Below are positions 28,933 to 37,781 of a DNA stretch of 64,000 nt, piece after piece (positions within the stretch are counted from its first letter, which is position 1; every line of letters begins with the position of its first letter). The stretch lies in sequence record SRR31156797_335, one strand, 5' to 3'. The notes below the pieces were generated by a model that did not search any database, was not told the DNA's origin, and was given only the letters and a program-made list of their open reading frames with translations. The position numbers and the translations under genes were made by a program.

Positions 28933-30069
28933 ATGTCACGATTAAGCAAAACAGTTTTAGTTCTAGCTATAGCAGCAGGTCTTTGGATGCTTTTGGCTCC
29001 AAACTATTTACGCACCAGTTTAATTTATTGGTATGCAAATCTCGATGATTATACCATATTCGAAAACAAAAAAGTTTCCGTAGAAAATGGTGCTGATTGG
29101 GCTGATGCCGATAACTATAACAAGCAGGAATTAGATCATACAGATAGAGAATATCTGGAAAATCACGAAACTGTTGCTTATCTAATCATTCAGGATGGGA
29201 AAGTACTATTTGAAGAATATTGGGATGGATACGGAACAGATTCTCATTCCAACATTTTCTCGGCAACCAAAAGTATTGTGAGCCTTTTAATTGGAATTGC
29301 AATAGACGAAGGCAAAATAAAGTCGGTTGATGAGCCAATTGGCAATTACCTTACAGAATTTTCGACCGACGAACGTGGTAAAATTACCATTAAAGAATTG
29401 TTAACCATGAGTTCTGGTTTAGATTGGAATGAGACCTACAGTAGTCCAACTTCAATCACAACCAAAGCATATTATGGGAAAAACCTTCGCGAGGTTAGTA
29501 CCGATCAGCAATTGATTGAAAAATCAGGTGTTCGATTCAGATATCAGAGTGGAAACACTCAATTGTTGGCATTTATTGTTGAAGAAGCTACTGGTGAAAC
29601 TATTTCGAAATATGCCGAAAGAAAACTTTGGAAACCAATGAACGCTGTTGAACCTGCACTTTGGAGTGTTGATAAGAAAAATGGCGATGAAAAATCATTC
29701 TGCTGTTTTAATACCAATGCTCGCGATGCCGCCCGATTTGGTCAATTGGTTTTAAACAAAGGACAATGGAACGGAAAGCAGTTGGTATCTGAAAATTACA
29801 TTACCGATGCTACAAAAGCCGCAAGTTTCTTACTAAACGAAGAAAAATCCGCAGCTCTGGACTGTTACGGATATCAATATTGGGTATTGCCATACAAAGG
29901 AATGAATATCCCATACATGAGAGGACATCGTGGTCAGTACATTTATGCGATTGCTGAAAAAAATGCTGTAATTGTTCGTTTTGGGAAACAAAAAGACAAA
30001 GAAAAACAAGGACAGATTACAATGGATATTCCAAAGTATGTTGATATTGCCTTAAAGATTCTGAAATAA
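28933..30069 (+). CDS. Serine hydrolase, beta-lactamase class C/AmpC-like family
   Basis: FSATKS (SxxK), LLTMSSGL, FRYQS, ARFGQL, YGYQYW. Confidence 0.85.
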   Translation: MSRLSKTVLVLAIAAGLWMLLAPNYLRTSLIYWYANLDDYTIFENKKVSVENGADWADADNYNKQELDHTDREYLENHETVAYLIIQDGKVLFEEYWDGYGTDSHSNIFSATKSIVSLLIGIAIDEGKIKSVDEPIGNYLTEFSTDERGKITIKELLTMSSGLDWNETYSSPTSITTKAYYGKNLREVSTDQQLIEKSGVRFRYQSGNTQLLAFIVEEATGETISKYAERKLWKPMNAVEPALWSVDKKNGDEKSFCCFNTNARDAARFGQLVLNKGQWNGKQLVSENYITDATKAASFLLNEEKSAALDCYGYQYWVLPYKGMNIPYMRGHRGQYIYAIAEKNAVIVRFGKQKDKEKQGQITMDIPKYVDIALKILK

Positions 30070-30091
30070 TATTTTCACCTAATTCTACAGA

Positions 30092-31498
30092 ATGAAAGCA
30101 CTTACTTTTCTATTGATGATATTGGCTTTTTCGGTTCAAACAATGGCTGAAAAAGTAATAATTTCAGGTTCGGCTCCCACCTATGCTGGAACCAATTTAA
30201 AAGTAAAATTTCATTCTGAATCCTTTACCTATAAAGATCAACCATTAGCAGAATTCAAAGTGAATGTAGATGGCAATTTCTCATGCGAATTTAATCTGGA
30301 TCAAACTCAATTGGTATTTATCCCTTTAGGCATATACAAAGGCTTTGTTTATTTGGAGCCAGGAAAAAAGTATGAGCTTAAATTTCCACCAAAACAGGAT
30401 TTGTCTCCTGCTCAAAAACTAAATCCGTTTTTCGAAGCTGATGAGTTGATGTTAGGTGTTGCGAATGCGGATTCCGACGAATTGAACCTTATGATTCGCA
30501 AACTGGATGACAAGCTAGATGCGTTTATTAATCAGAACTTTCACAAGATTTATCGAAAGAAAGAAAAATCAGTTGGAATTGAATTCTCAAAAGAGTTAAT
30601 TGAAGATTTCAAATCGAATGAAAATGCCTTTTTAAAAGAATATTTGAAATACAGATTGGGGTTTTTAGAATTCCTTGCTTATCCGAATTCCTTCCTAAAA
30701 ATTGAAAAGAAATACTTTTTAGATCAGGAACTTCAACTGAAGAATCCAGCCTATATAAGTTTGTACAAAAAGCAATATGGTAATTTCCTTAACGGATATT
30801 TTAAGCAAAAAGAATCAGCCAATTTATCTGCTGCATTCAAATCCGAAACTACATTCAAAGCGCTTACAGTTTTAATGAAAAAGTATCCTGCCTATCAGAA
30901 TTCTCAATTGAGAAACATGATTATTACCAGCTCGATATTCGATTCTTACACCCGAAAATTTATCGGTAAAGGAAAAACACTTTCCATCTTAAAAAACCTT
31001 AAGCAAAACGCAAAAAACTCCTATAATAAGAATTTGTGTTCCAATTATATTGCGAATATTACTCATCTGCAAAAGAATTATCCTGCTCCAAATTTTTCAA
31101 TCGGCGATCACACTCTGGCTGATTATAAAGGAAAATATTTGTACTTGAATTTTTGCAATACACAAAGCTATCCTTGTGTGCAAGATTTTAAAGAAATTGA
31201 AAAATTGAAACAACAATTTGGGCAACACATAAACTTTTTAAGCATTGCCTGCGATTGGAATGAAAATACAGTTTTAGAATTTCTACAGAAAAATTCTTAT
31301 TCATGGTCAATAATTCCTATTGAGGATCAGCACCAATTAATTCACCAGTACAAGGTGAAAGCATTTCCTAGCTATGTTCTAATCGACCCAAGTGGAAATA
31401 TTGTAAAAGCTCCTGCTGCTGGACCAAAAGAAAATATCCGCATGGAGTTTATTAAAATTGCGAGAGATGCTGCAAGGAAATCGTATAACAAACAATAA
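30092..31498 (+). CDS. Exported protein with C-terminal TlpA/redoxin domain
   Basis: Signal peptide; YKGKYLYLNFCNTQSYPC...YKVKAFPSYVLIDPSGNIV. Confidence 0.7.
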   Translation: MKALTFLLMILAFSVQTMAEKVIISGSAPTYAGTNLKVKFHSESFTYKDQPLAEFKVNVDGNFSCEFNLDQTQLVFIPLGIYKGFVYLEPGKKYELKFPPKQDLSPAQKLNPFFEADELMLGVANADSDELNLMIRKLDDKLDAFINQNFHKIYRKKEKSVGIEFSKELIEDFKSNENAFLKEYLKYRLGFLEFLAYPNSFLKIEKKYFLDQELQLKNPAYISLYKKQYGNFLNGYFKQKESANLSAAFKSETTFKALTVLMKKYPAYQNSQLRNMIITSSIFDSYTRKFIGKGKTLSILKNLKQNAKNSYNKNLCSNYIANITHLQKNYPAPNFSIGDHTLADYKGKYLYLNFCNTQSYPCVQDFKEIEKLKQQFGQHINFLSIACDWNENTVLEFLQKNSYSWSIIPIEDQHQLIHQYKVKAFPSYVLIDPSGNIVKAPAAGPKENIRMEFIKIARDAARKSYNKQ

Positions 31499-31532
31499 AA
31501 AAACCACCAACTGTAATTATGTGGTGGTTTTA
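31497..31532. terminator. Bidirectional terminator between convergent genes
   Basis: AAAACCACCA...TGGTGGTTTT. Confidence 0.7.
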
Positions 31533-31545
31533 ATTTCATTATCAA

Positions 31546-32001
31546 TTAAGAAACAACTAATTTTTTAGATTTTAATTTTAACTCTACAGGAGTTATATTT
31601 CTCAAATTATCAGATACAGGGCATCTATCTTCAATAGCTTCCAACCATTTTGCTAGTTCCTCTTCGGTTGCATCACAATCAGGCTCAATTGCCACCTGAA
31701 TCCCTTTGTAACCGGCTCTATCATTATATGATGTTCCAAACAAACGATTCGGATTCAATTCTCCTGCCATTTTAATTTTTACCGATCGTAATTCAATGTT
31801 CATTTCCTTTGCAATTACGTGAGCCATTACATTAATACAACCACAGAAAGCAGCTAAAATATATTCTACCGGATTTGCTCCTTCATTTGTTCCTCCCAAA
31901 TCCGCTGGTTCATCAATTACAATTTCAAAACCTCTTGCTTTTACAATAGTTTTAGTTGGATTTTCGCTATGTGCCTTTACTCTAAATTTTAAATCTGACA
32001 T
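31546..32001 (-). CDS. OsmC/Ohr family protein
   Basis: IDEPADLGGTNEGANPVEYILAAFCGC...RCPVSDNL. Confidence 0.9.
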   Translation of the reverse strand: MSDLKFRVKAHSENPTKTIVKARGFEIVIDEPADLGGTNEGANPVEYILAAFCGCINVMAHVIAKEMNIELRSVKIKMAGELNPNRLFGTSYNDRAGYKGIQVAIEPDCDATEEELAKWLEAIEDRCPVSDNLRNITPVELKLKSKKLVVS

Positions 32002-32094
32002 TTAATTTTAATTTTTGGTTGTTGAATTAATTTACAATTCAAAAATGCAGTGTCTTCATTAACTATAAAACTATTAACCGAAGTATAGATTCAC

Positions 32095-32134
32095 TATATT
32101 TGGTGGAATTTAACAGCTAGATTGTGACAATCTA
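32095..32134 (+). promoter_or_regulatory. Sigma-A -7 box followed by a 17-bp palindrome upstream of the Crp/Fnr gene
   Basis: TATATTTG 32095-32102; TAGATTGT-G-ACAATCTA 32118-32134. Confidence 0.5.
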
Positions 32135-32155
32135 TAAATCAAATCTGTACCTAAA

Positions 32156-32854
32156 ATGAATTTAGAATATCAAATTGAGCGGTATCAAACCGATACTAAG
32201 CTAATTAGTGCTGATGACTGTTTTAATGCTCTCACTTCTGATCAAAAAAGAATGGTGGAAAATTCCACTACCTTACTTCAGTTTGCTAAAGGCGAAACAA
32301 TCATCAAACAAGGATTTGTAGCATCTCACATTCTTTATATTGAAAAAGGACTCGCCAAATTAGATGTTACCAATGATTCGAAAATATCAACAATAAAATT
32401 ACTAAGTGATGGAGCCTTTATAGGTATTGTTTGCAGTTTTGCCTGCAAAAGTCTCGATTTTTCTGCTGTTGCTTTAGAAGATACTACCATCCAGATGATC
32501 AATATGGATGTTTTTCAAAACTTGATAAAAGAAAATGGTGAATTTGCACTTAAATTAATCCGCCATATGTCATCAAATACCAATAGCATGGTGCACAGAA
32601 CAAGCAGATTATCTGATAAAAATGTTGAAGGCTCACTAGCTATAATTATACAGGAATTTAGTGAAATATACTCCAGCGACAACTTTACCTTACCGGTTAC
32701 ACGTGTAGGTCTTGCATCTTTGGCTGGTTGTTCAAAGGAGAGTGCAATACACACACTGGCTAAATTCCATACCGATGGAATCATAGAACTGAAGGATAAA
32801 CACATTACCATACTTAAACATGAAAGTCTGGACCTTATTATTAAAAATGGCTAA
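32156..32854 (+). CDS. Crp/Fnr family transcriptional regulator
   Basis: cNMP-binding-like domain (FAKGETIIKQG...YIEKGLAK...AVALEDT) and HTH (LPVTRVGLASLAGCSKESAIHTL). Confidence 0.88.
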   Translation: MNLEYQIERYQTDTKLISADDCFNALTSDQKRMVENSTTLLQFAKGETIIKQGFVASHILYIEKGLAKLDVTNDSKISTIKLLSDGAFIGIVCSFACKSLDFSAVALEDTTIQMINMDVFQNLIKENGEFALKLIRHMSSNTNSMVHRTSRLSDKNVEGSLAIIIQEFSEIYSSDNFTLPVTRVGLASLAGCSKESAIHTLAKFHTDGIIELKDKHITILKHESLDLIIKNG

Positions 32855-33002
32855 TCTTAAGCACGAGTTAATTCAATTCTCGGTCAACTTTTCAAAGTAT
32901 AAAGCATATAATAAATACAAAGTATTTATTTCGGAGCAGTTTCCAATAAAACGTATAATTCCTGTTTGAAAATATTAATATATAAAGAGCAAATAAGGAA
33001 AA

Positions 33003-33596
33003 TTAAATAATTACTTCAAGAATAGAAGCATACGTGTTACTTTTGAACTCCAGTAAACTATCTTGAGAAAGCCATTTCACTTCCTGTATGTCTTCTTCTG
33101 TTTGTGGCACCAATTCTTCCGAGTCAGAATAACTCATCTCATACCAGTAGGTTCTTTTTAAAACAAACTTGCCTTTCATCCAATAAGTATGGTAGGTCGA
33201 ACTGATTTCTTTGACAATTTTAACACCTGAAATACCGCACTCCTCTTCTACTTCACGAACTGCTGCATCACGAACTGATTCTCCTTTCTCAACTTTTCCC
33301 TTAGGTAAATCCCATTTGTTTAGGCGATAAATAGCTAATATCTGAGCATCCGAATTATACACCAAACCACCAGCTGCTTCAATGTATTTAAAACAGGACT
33401 TAAAGTGATTATAAAGCTCACTCAAATCATCAGCAACTACAAAAACTGCCTCTTTACTTTCATCTTCATCGAACTGTAATATCAAGCCTTCCAGAGATTC
33501 TCCCTCGGTCCAGACATATATCATACCTTCAAAATTCGAACTTTCACTTTTATCCCCTAAAAAAATCGAACGATCTTTAAAAAATACTTTATACAT
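33003..33596 (-). CDS. NUDIX hydrolase
   Basis: Nudix box GKVEKGESVRDAAVREVEEECG; ATG 33596 (MYKVFF) preferred because it avoids overlap with pyrE. Confidence 0.88.
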   Translation of the reverse strand: MYKVFFKDRSIFLGDKSESSNFEGMIYVWTEGESLEGLILQFDEDESKEAVFVVADDLSELYNHFKSCFKYIEAAGGLVYNSDAQILAIYRLNKWDLPKGKVEKGESVRDAAVREVEEECGISGVKIVKEISSTYHTYWMKGKFVLKRTYWYEMSYSDSEELVPQTEEDIQEVKWLSQDSLLEFKSNTYASILEVII

Positions 33597-33688
33597 TTGC
33601 GGTAGATTTTTAAAATGTGTCGGAAAAATACAATTGCTTGAATTTCCGCTTTTTGAATTTACGAACAATCCATAAATCCATTGAAAGA

Positions 33689-34321
33689 ATGCAAAATACT
33701 GCTAAACAAGTCGCTGAATATTTGTTGCAAATAAAAGCAATTAAGCTTGAACCAACAAACCCATTTACCTGGGCATCGGGATGGAAATCGCCTATCTACT
33801 GCGATAACCGAAAAACCCTTTCTTTTCCTGAGGTAAGAACCTACATTAAAAAAGCTTTTGCCCAGGCGGTTAAAGAAAAATATCCCGATATTGAAGTAAT
33901 TGCAGGTGTTGCAACAGGAGCAATTGCACTAGGTGCATTGGTAGCTGAAGAATTGAATTTACCTATGGTTTATATCCGTTCATCGGCGAAAGCTCATGGA
34001 ATGACAAACCTAATTGAAGGTGAAATTAAAGCTGGACAAAAAGTTGTTGTAATTGAGGATTTAATTTCGACAGGTGGTAGTAGTATAAAGGCAGTTGAAG
34101 CTTTGCGCGAAGCAGATTGCGATGTTTTGGGAATGCTGGCTATTTTCACTTATGGTTTTCAAAAAGCTGATGACAATTTCACAAATGCAAATTGTAAAGT
34201 AGATACTTTAAGTGACTACAACGTAATGATTGATCGTGCTCAAGAAATTGGATACGTTAAACCTGAAGATGTAGATCAGTTGAAAAAGTGGAGAAAAGAT
34301 CCGGGAAGTTGGGGAGTATAA
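33689..34321 (+). CDS. pyrE: Orotate phosphoribosyltransferase
   Basis: FTWASGWKSPIYCDNR, PRPP motif VVVIEDLISTGGS; ATG 33689 preferred. Confidence 0.95.
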   Translation: MQNTAKQVAEYLLQIKAIKLEPTNPFTWASGWKSPIYCDNRKTLSFPEVRTYIKKAFAQAVKEKYPDIEVIAGVATGAIALGALVAEELNLPMVYIRSSAKAHGMTNLIEGEIKAGQKVVVIEDLISTGGSSIKAVEALREADCDVLGMLAIFTYGFQKADDNFTNANCKVDTLSDYNVMIDRAQEIGYVKPEDVDQLKKWRKDPGSWGV

Positions 34322-34349
34322 TCTCTAATTTGCTGATATAATAAAATTG

Positions 34350-34384
34350 AAAAGAGAGTATTCCACTGTGAATACCCTCTTTTG
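34350..34384 (+). terminator. Stem-loop/terminator after pyrE
   Basis: AAAAGAG-a-GTATTC-cactgt-GAATAC-c-CTCTTTT. Confidence 0.5.
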
Positions 34385-34406
34385 TATTCTAACGGAGGAC
34401 GGATAA

Positions 34407-34904
34407 ATGTCGACAACAAAAATTATTAGTGAAGTAAAAAAGATTCCACACACGGTTGGTGATGTGTATGGTTTCTTTTCTGATTTCAGAAAAATTGCCA
34501 AAGTATTCGAATTGGCTGCAAATAACCCACAAGTTCAGGAGCAAATCGAAGCTCAAACCAAGAAAAAAATGAACTTCAGCGATCATATTGAGCATTGGGA
34601 AGCAAGCGAAGACAATTGTACTTTCGTGATTAAAGGTTTTGGTGAAGCAGGCTTACAATTTGTGGAAAAAGAGGAGAACAAGACCTTAAAACTAACTGGT
34701 TATGGTCGTAGTCCATTCGAATTCTACATTTGGATTCAATTGATTGAAAAGGATGCATACGATACAAGAATTCGTTTGACAGTACATGCAGAATTGAATG
34801 CAATGATGAAAATGATGCTGAAGAAGAAATTGGAAAAAGGTATCGACCAACTGGCAGAAGGATTGACACAGATTCCATTCAATATGCTTCAAAATATCGA
34901 ATAG
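34407..34904 (+). CDS. SRPBCC/START-like family protein
   Basis: VYGFFSDF...PFEFYIWIQL...LNAMMKMML..LEKGIDQLAE; this family commonly follows pyrE in Bacteroidota. Confidence 0.7.
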   Translation: MSTTKIISEVKKIPHTVGDVYGFFSDFRKIAKVFELAANNPQVQEQIEAQTKKKMNFSDHIEHWEASEDNCTFVIKGFGEAGLQFVEKEENKTLKLTGYGRSPFEFYIWIQLIEKDAYDTRIRLTVHAELNAMMKMMLKKKLEKGIDQLAEGLTQIPFNMLQNIE

Positions 34905-34923
34905 ATAAATCTAAAATATTACC

Positions 34924-34953
34924 AAGTCGATGTATAACACATCGGCTTTTTTT
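34924..34953 (+). terminator. Intrinsic terminator
   Basis: AAGTCGATGT-ataac-ACATCGGCTT followed by T-tract. Confidence 0.8.
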
Positions 34954-34981
34954 GTGTCTTCTAATTTTTTATCTAGCTTTG
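34951..34981 (+). promoter_or_regulatory. Sigma-A promoter directly before the RAPP uORF (probably leaderless mRNA)
   Basis: TTTG 34951-34954, 19-nt spacer, TAGCTTTG 34974-34981; ATG at 34988. Confidence 0.7.
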
Positions 34982-34987
34982 TTTTGA

Positions 34988-35305
34988 ATGAATCTAAATA
35001 AAAAACATAGAATTCTAGCAGGACTTTTATCCTTGGCATTTTTACTGCCTTTGATTATTAAAAGTCAGCACATGATGTTTCCTAATCATGAACATCATTG
35101 TCACTCGTGCACTCAGCATGATACCGGTCTGCTTGATATTTGTGAGATTCAGGAATTCGATTACTTCCTTTTTACACCAGCTGATATAACCACTGTTCCC
35201 AATGTCATCAGTATTTTGCTGAAACAAGATAGAATAGATTCGCCTATCAGTTCAACGGTAAAAATCAACCTTAGTTATTCCCTTCGCGCTCCTCCTATCG
35301 TATAA
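34988..35305 (+). CDS. His/Cys-rich upstream ORF with C-terminal RAPP motif (DUF2946/CruR-like candidate arrest peptide)
   Basis: N-terminal hydrophobic segment, HEHHCHSCTQH...C, C-terminus YSLRAPPIV; directly upstream of a TonB-dependent receptor. Confidence 0.75.
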   Translation: MNLNKKHRILAGLLSLAFLLPLIIKSQHMMFPNHEHHCHSCTQHDTGLLDICEIQEFDYFLFTPADITTVPNVISILLKQDRIDSPISSTVKINLSYSLRAPPIV

Positions 35306-35432
35306 ATAAATATTAAAAATGATTCTTCTTAAAGAAGATTATGATACAGATTGATAAAACCAAAGAGTTTCATCGAATAAATCTATGTATCTCAAATTTT
35401 ATACGATAAAAACTAATAACTCTATTACAATT

Positions 35433-37742
35433 ATGAATAGATATCTATTGGCAATACTTCTGTTATTGCCACAATTTGCCTTTTCTGTTGGCGAAATAAA
35501 AAACAATAAACTAAGTGGAATAATAAGCGATCAAAAAGATAACTCGCCAATTCCAGGTGTTAGCATTTTTATTCCAGAAATTCAAAAAGGTACTGTAAGT
35601 GACGAAAATGGTGCTTACCAATTGGAACATTTGCCATCGGGAAAGATGACCTTACAATTCTCCTTTATTGGATTCGAGTCCGTTATTAAAACCATTGTAA
35701 TAAATAAAGAGAATTTGAAACTTGATGTAAAAATGCCTTTTACCACTGTAACAACTCAGGAAGTTGTCGTTTCGGGAGGATTTCCCTCTGCTCAGCACGA
35801 AAATTCAATTAAAATATCAGTACTTAAAGAGAAAGAACTACAACAATTATCAACACCTTCATTGGGTGAAAAATTGGCAAGTATTCCTGGTGTTGATGTT
35901 ATTTCACGTAGTCCGGGTGTAAGTACTCCGGTAATTCGAGGTCTGTCTTTAAATAACATTATATTTCTGAATAATGGCGTTCGTATGGAAAACTTCCAGT
36001 TCTCAACCGATCATCCTTTTTTAACCAATGAACAAGGAGCCGATCATATTGAAGTAATTAAAGGTCCGGCATCCTTACTTTATGGATCGGATGCTATGGG
36101 AGGTGTAATTAATGTATTAAAAGAAAAACCTGCTCCTGCAAATTCCTTTAAAGCCGACATTAATTCCGAATACCATAGTGTTACCAAAGGATACTCGAAT
36201 AGCATAGGAGTAAAATCTTCTGGAAAAGATTGGTTTTGGATGATTCGTGCCAATCAGCAATCGCATAAAGATTATAAAGATGCATCTGGCGATTATGTGC
36301 CAAATACCCGATTTAACACTGAAGGATTGCAGCTTGGTTTAGGCTTGATTAAAGAATATGGAAGTTTTAAAATTTACTACGACTATTTACAGCCAAAATT
36401 GGGAATGACAAATGATGAATCTCTGGAAGTAGTCTCTGAAGGAAAAAGAAGAAATCATTTTTGGTATCAGGATTTAACGCAGCATTTAATTTCATCAAGA
36501 AATCGATTATTTCTAGGCAGATATAAATTGGAGATCAATGCGGCTTACCAGTTCAACAATCGTCGACTAAACGGTAATCCCAATTCAAGCATTTTTCGAT
36601 TGGTTGATATGGATTTAAATACATTTACCTATGATAGTAAACTTTACTTTCCTGGTTCCGAGGGTTCAGAATTTTTGGTTGGTATTCAGGGAATGCATCA
36701 ATCTAATGAAAACAAAGGAGCTCCAAATCGTATTATTCCTAATGCTAAAATTGATGATTTTTCAGTGTTTTCGCTTCTAAAAAAAGAAATTGGTGATGCC
36801 AGTTTACAATTTGGTGTTCGCTACGATCATCGTTCCATTTACGTTCCTGAACAAGAAGCTGGAGGTCATTCTCATGGCGAAGCCGAAGAACATGAAGAGG
36901 AAGAGCATGAGGAAGGAGAACATGATGAGCACGATGAACATGAAGAAGAACTGGTTCATATCAACCGAAATTTTGATCATTTGAATGCTTCCATTGGAGC
37001 AACATATCATATTTCAGAATCACTTTTACTTCGCACCAATTTTGCGACTGCTTACCGAGTTCCCAATCTTGCAGAACTTTCTCAACATGGTTTGCATGGG
37101 AATCGTTTCGAGGAAGGTAATTCTAATCTAAATCCTCAAAAAAGTTTAGAATCTGACTTGGGCGTACACTATCATACTCAAAATCATAATATCGATTTAT
37201 CATTATTTTATAATAAGGTGTACGACTATATTTATCTGGCACCTACCGATGAACCTGCTCCCGAAGGTGAAGGCAATGTTTATTCATATAGTCAACAGGA
37301 TGCTAAACTTTACGGTGGTGAGGTGGCAATTAATGTTGTTCCTTTATCATTCTTAAAATTTCATACTGATTATGCTATGGTTATTGCAAAGCAGGATAAT
37401 GGAGGTCGATTGCCATTTATTCCTCAACACAAATTGAATATGAATGTGAAGTTTTTCGGAAAAGGAAATAGAACTTTTAAAAATCCATTTGTTAGTGTCA
37501 ACTGGAAATATGCTTTCAAACAAGATAATCCAGCTCAATTTGAAACTCAAACATCATCCTACGATCTTTTTGGTTTGCAGGCAGGAAGCGATTTTAAAAT
37601 AGGAAAATATAAAATGAAACTTCTTTTGAGTGCAAGTAATCTTTTCAATGAAAAATATGCTGACCACTTATCAAGTCTTAAACCTTTAGGATTTTATAAT
37701 CCAGGAAGAAATTTAAGTATAAAACTAGGCTTCAATTTATAA
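35433..37742 (+). CDS. TonB-dependent receptor with His/Glu-rich loop (probable Zn/Ni/Co uptake); alternative start 35385
   Basis: Signal peptide, carboxypeptidase-regulatory-like N-domain, plug PVIRGL...IEVIKGPASLLYGSDAMGGVIN, C-terminal PGRNLSIKLGFNL; HSHGEAEEHEEEEHEEGEHDEHDEH loop. Confidence 0.92.
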   Translation: MNRYLLAILLLLPQFAFSVGEIKNNKLSGIISDQKDNSPIPGVSIFIPEIQKGTVSDENGAYQLEHLPSGKMTLQFSFIGFESVIKTIVINKENLKLDVKMPFTTVTTQEVVVSGGFPSAQHENSIKISVLKEKELQQLSTPSLGEKLASIPGVDVISRSPGVSTPVIRGLSLNNIIFLNNGVRMENFQFSTDHPFLTNEQGADHIEVIKGPASLLYGSDAMGGVINVLKEKPAPANSFKADINSEYHSVTKGYSNSIGVKSSGKDWFWMIRANQQSHKDYKDASGDYVPNTRFNTEGLQLGLGLIKEYGSFKIYYDYLQPKLGMTNDESLEVVSEGKRRNHFWYQDLTQHLISSRNRLFLGRYKLEINAAYQFNNRRLNGNPNSSIFRLVDMDLNTFTYDSKLYFPGSEGSEFLVGIQGMHQSNENKGAPNRIIPNAKIDDFSVFSLLKKEIGDASLQFGVRYDHRSIYVPEQEAGGHSHGEAEEHEEEEHEEGEHDEHDEHEEELVHINRNFDHLNASIGATYHISESLLLRTNFATAYRVPNLAELSQHGLHGNRFEEGNSNLNPQKSLESDLGVHYHTQNHNIDLSLFYNKVYDYIYLAPTDEPAPEGEGNVYSYSQQDAKLYGGEVAINVVPLSFLKFHTDYAMVIAKQDNGGRLPFIPQHKLNMNVKFFGKGNRTFKNPFVSVNWKYAFKQDNPAQFETQTSSYDLFGLQAGSDFKIGKYKMKLLLSASNLFNEKYADHLSSLKPLGFYNPGRNLSIKLGFNL
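36867..36950 (+). repeat. Low-complexity His/Glu/Asp codon repeat inside the TonB receptor
   Basis: Iterated cat/gaa/gag/gat codons encoding HSHGEAEEHEEEEHEEGEHDEHDEHEEE. Confidence 0.8.
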
Positions 37743-37748
37743 AAACAG

Positions 37749-37781
37749 AGAGGTGGGCTATTTAAGAAAGCTCACCTCTTT
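37749..37781. terminator. Hairpin between the convergent TonB receptor and birA, overlapping the birA 3' end
   Basis: AGAGGTGGGCT-atttaagaa-AGCTCACCTCT. Confidence 0.55.

Noticed and set aside
33597-33688. Overlapping N-terminal extensions of the NUDIX (33668) and pyrE (33617) ORFs
   Set aside because: Downstream ATGs (33596, 33689) give family-typical starts and leave a normal divergent promoter gap
36867-36950. Repeat as possible CRISPR or mobile-element signature
   Set aside because: In-frame low-complexity coding repeat with no repeat-spacer periodicity
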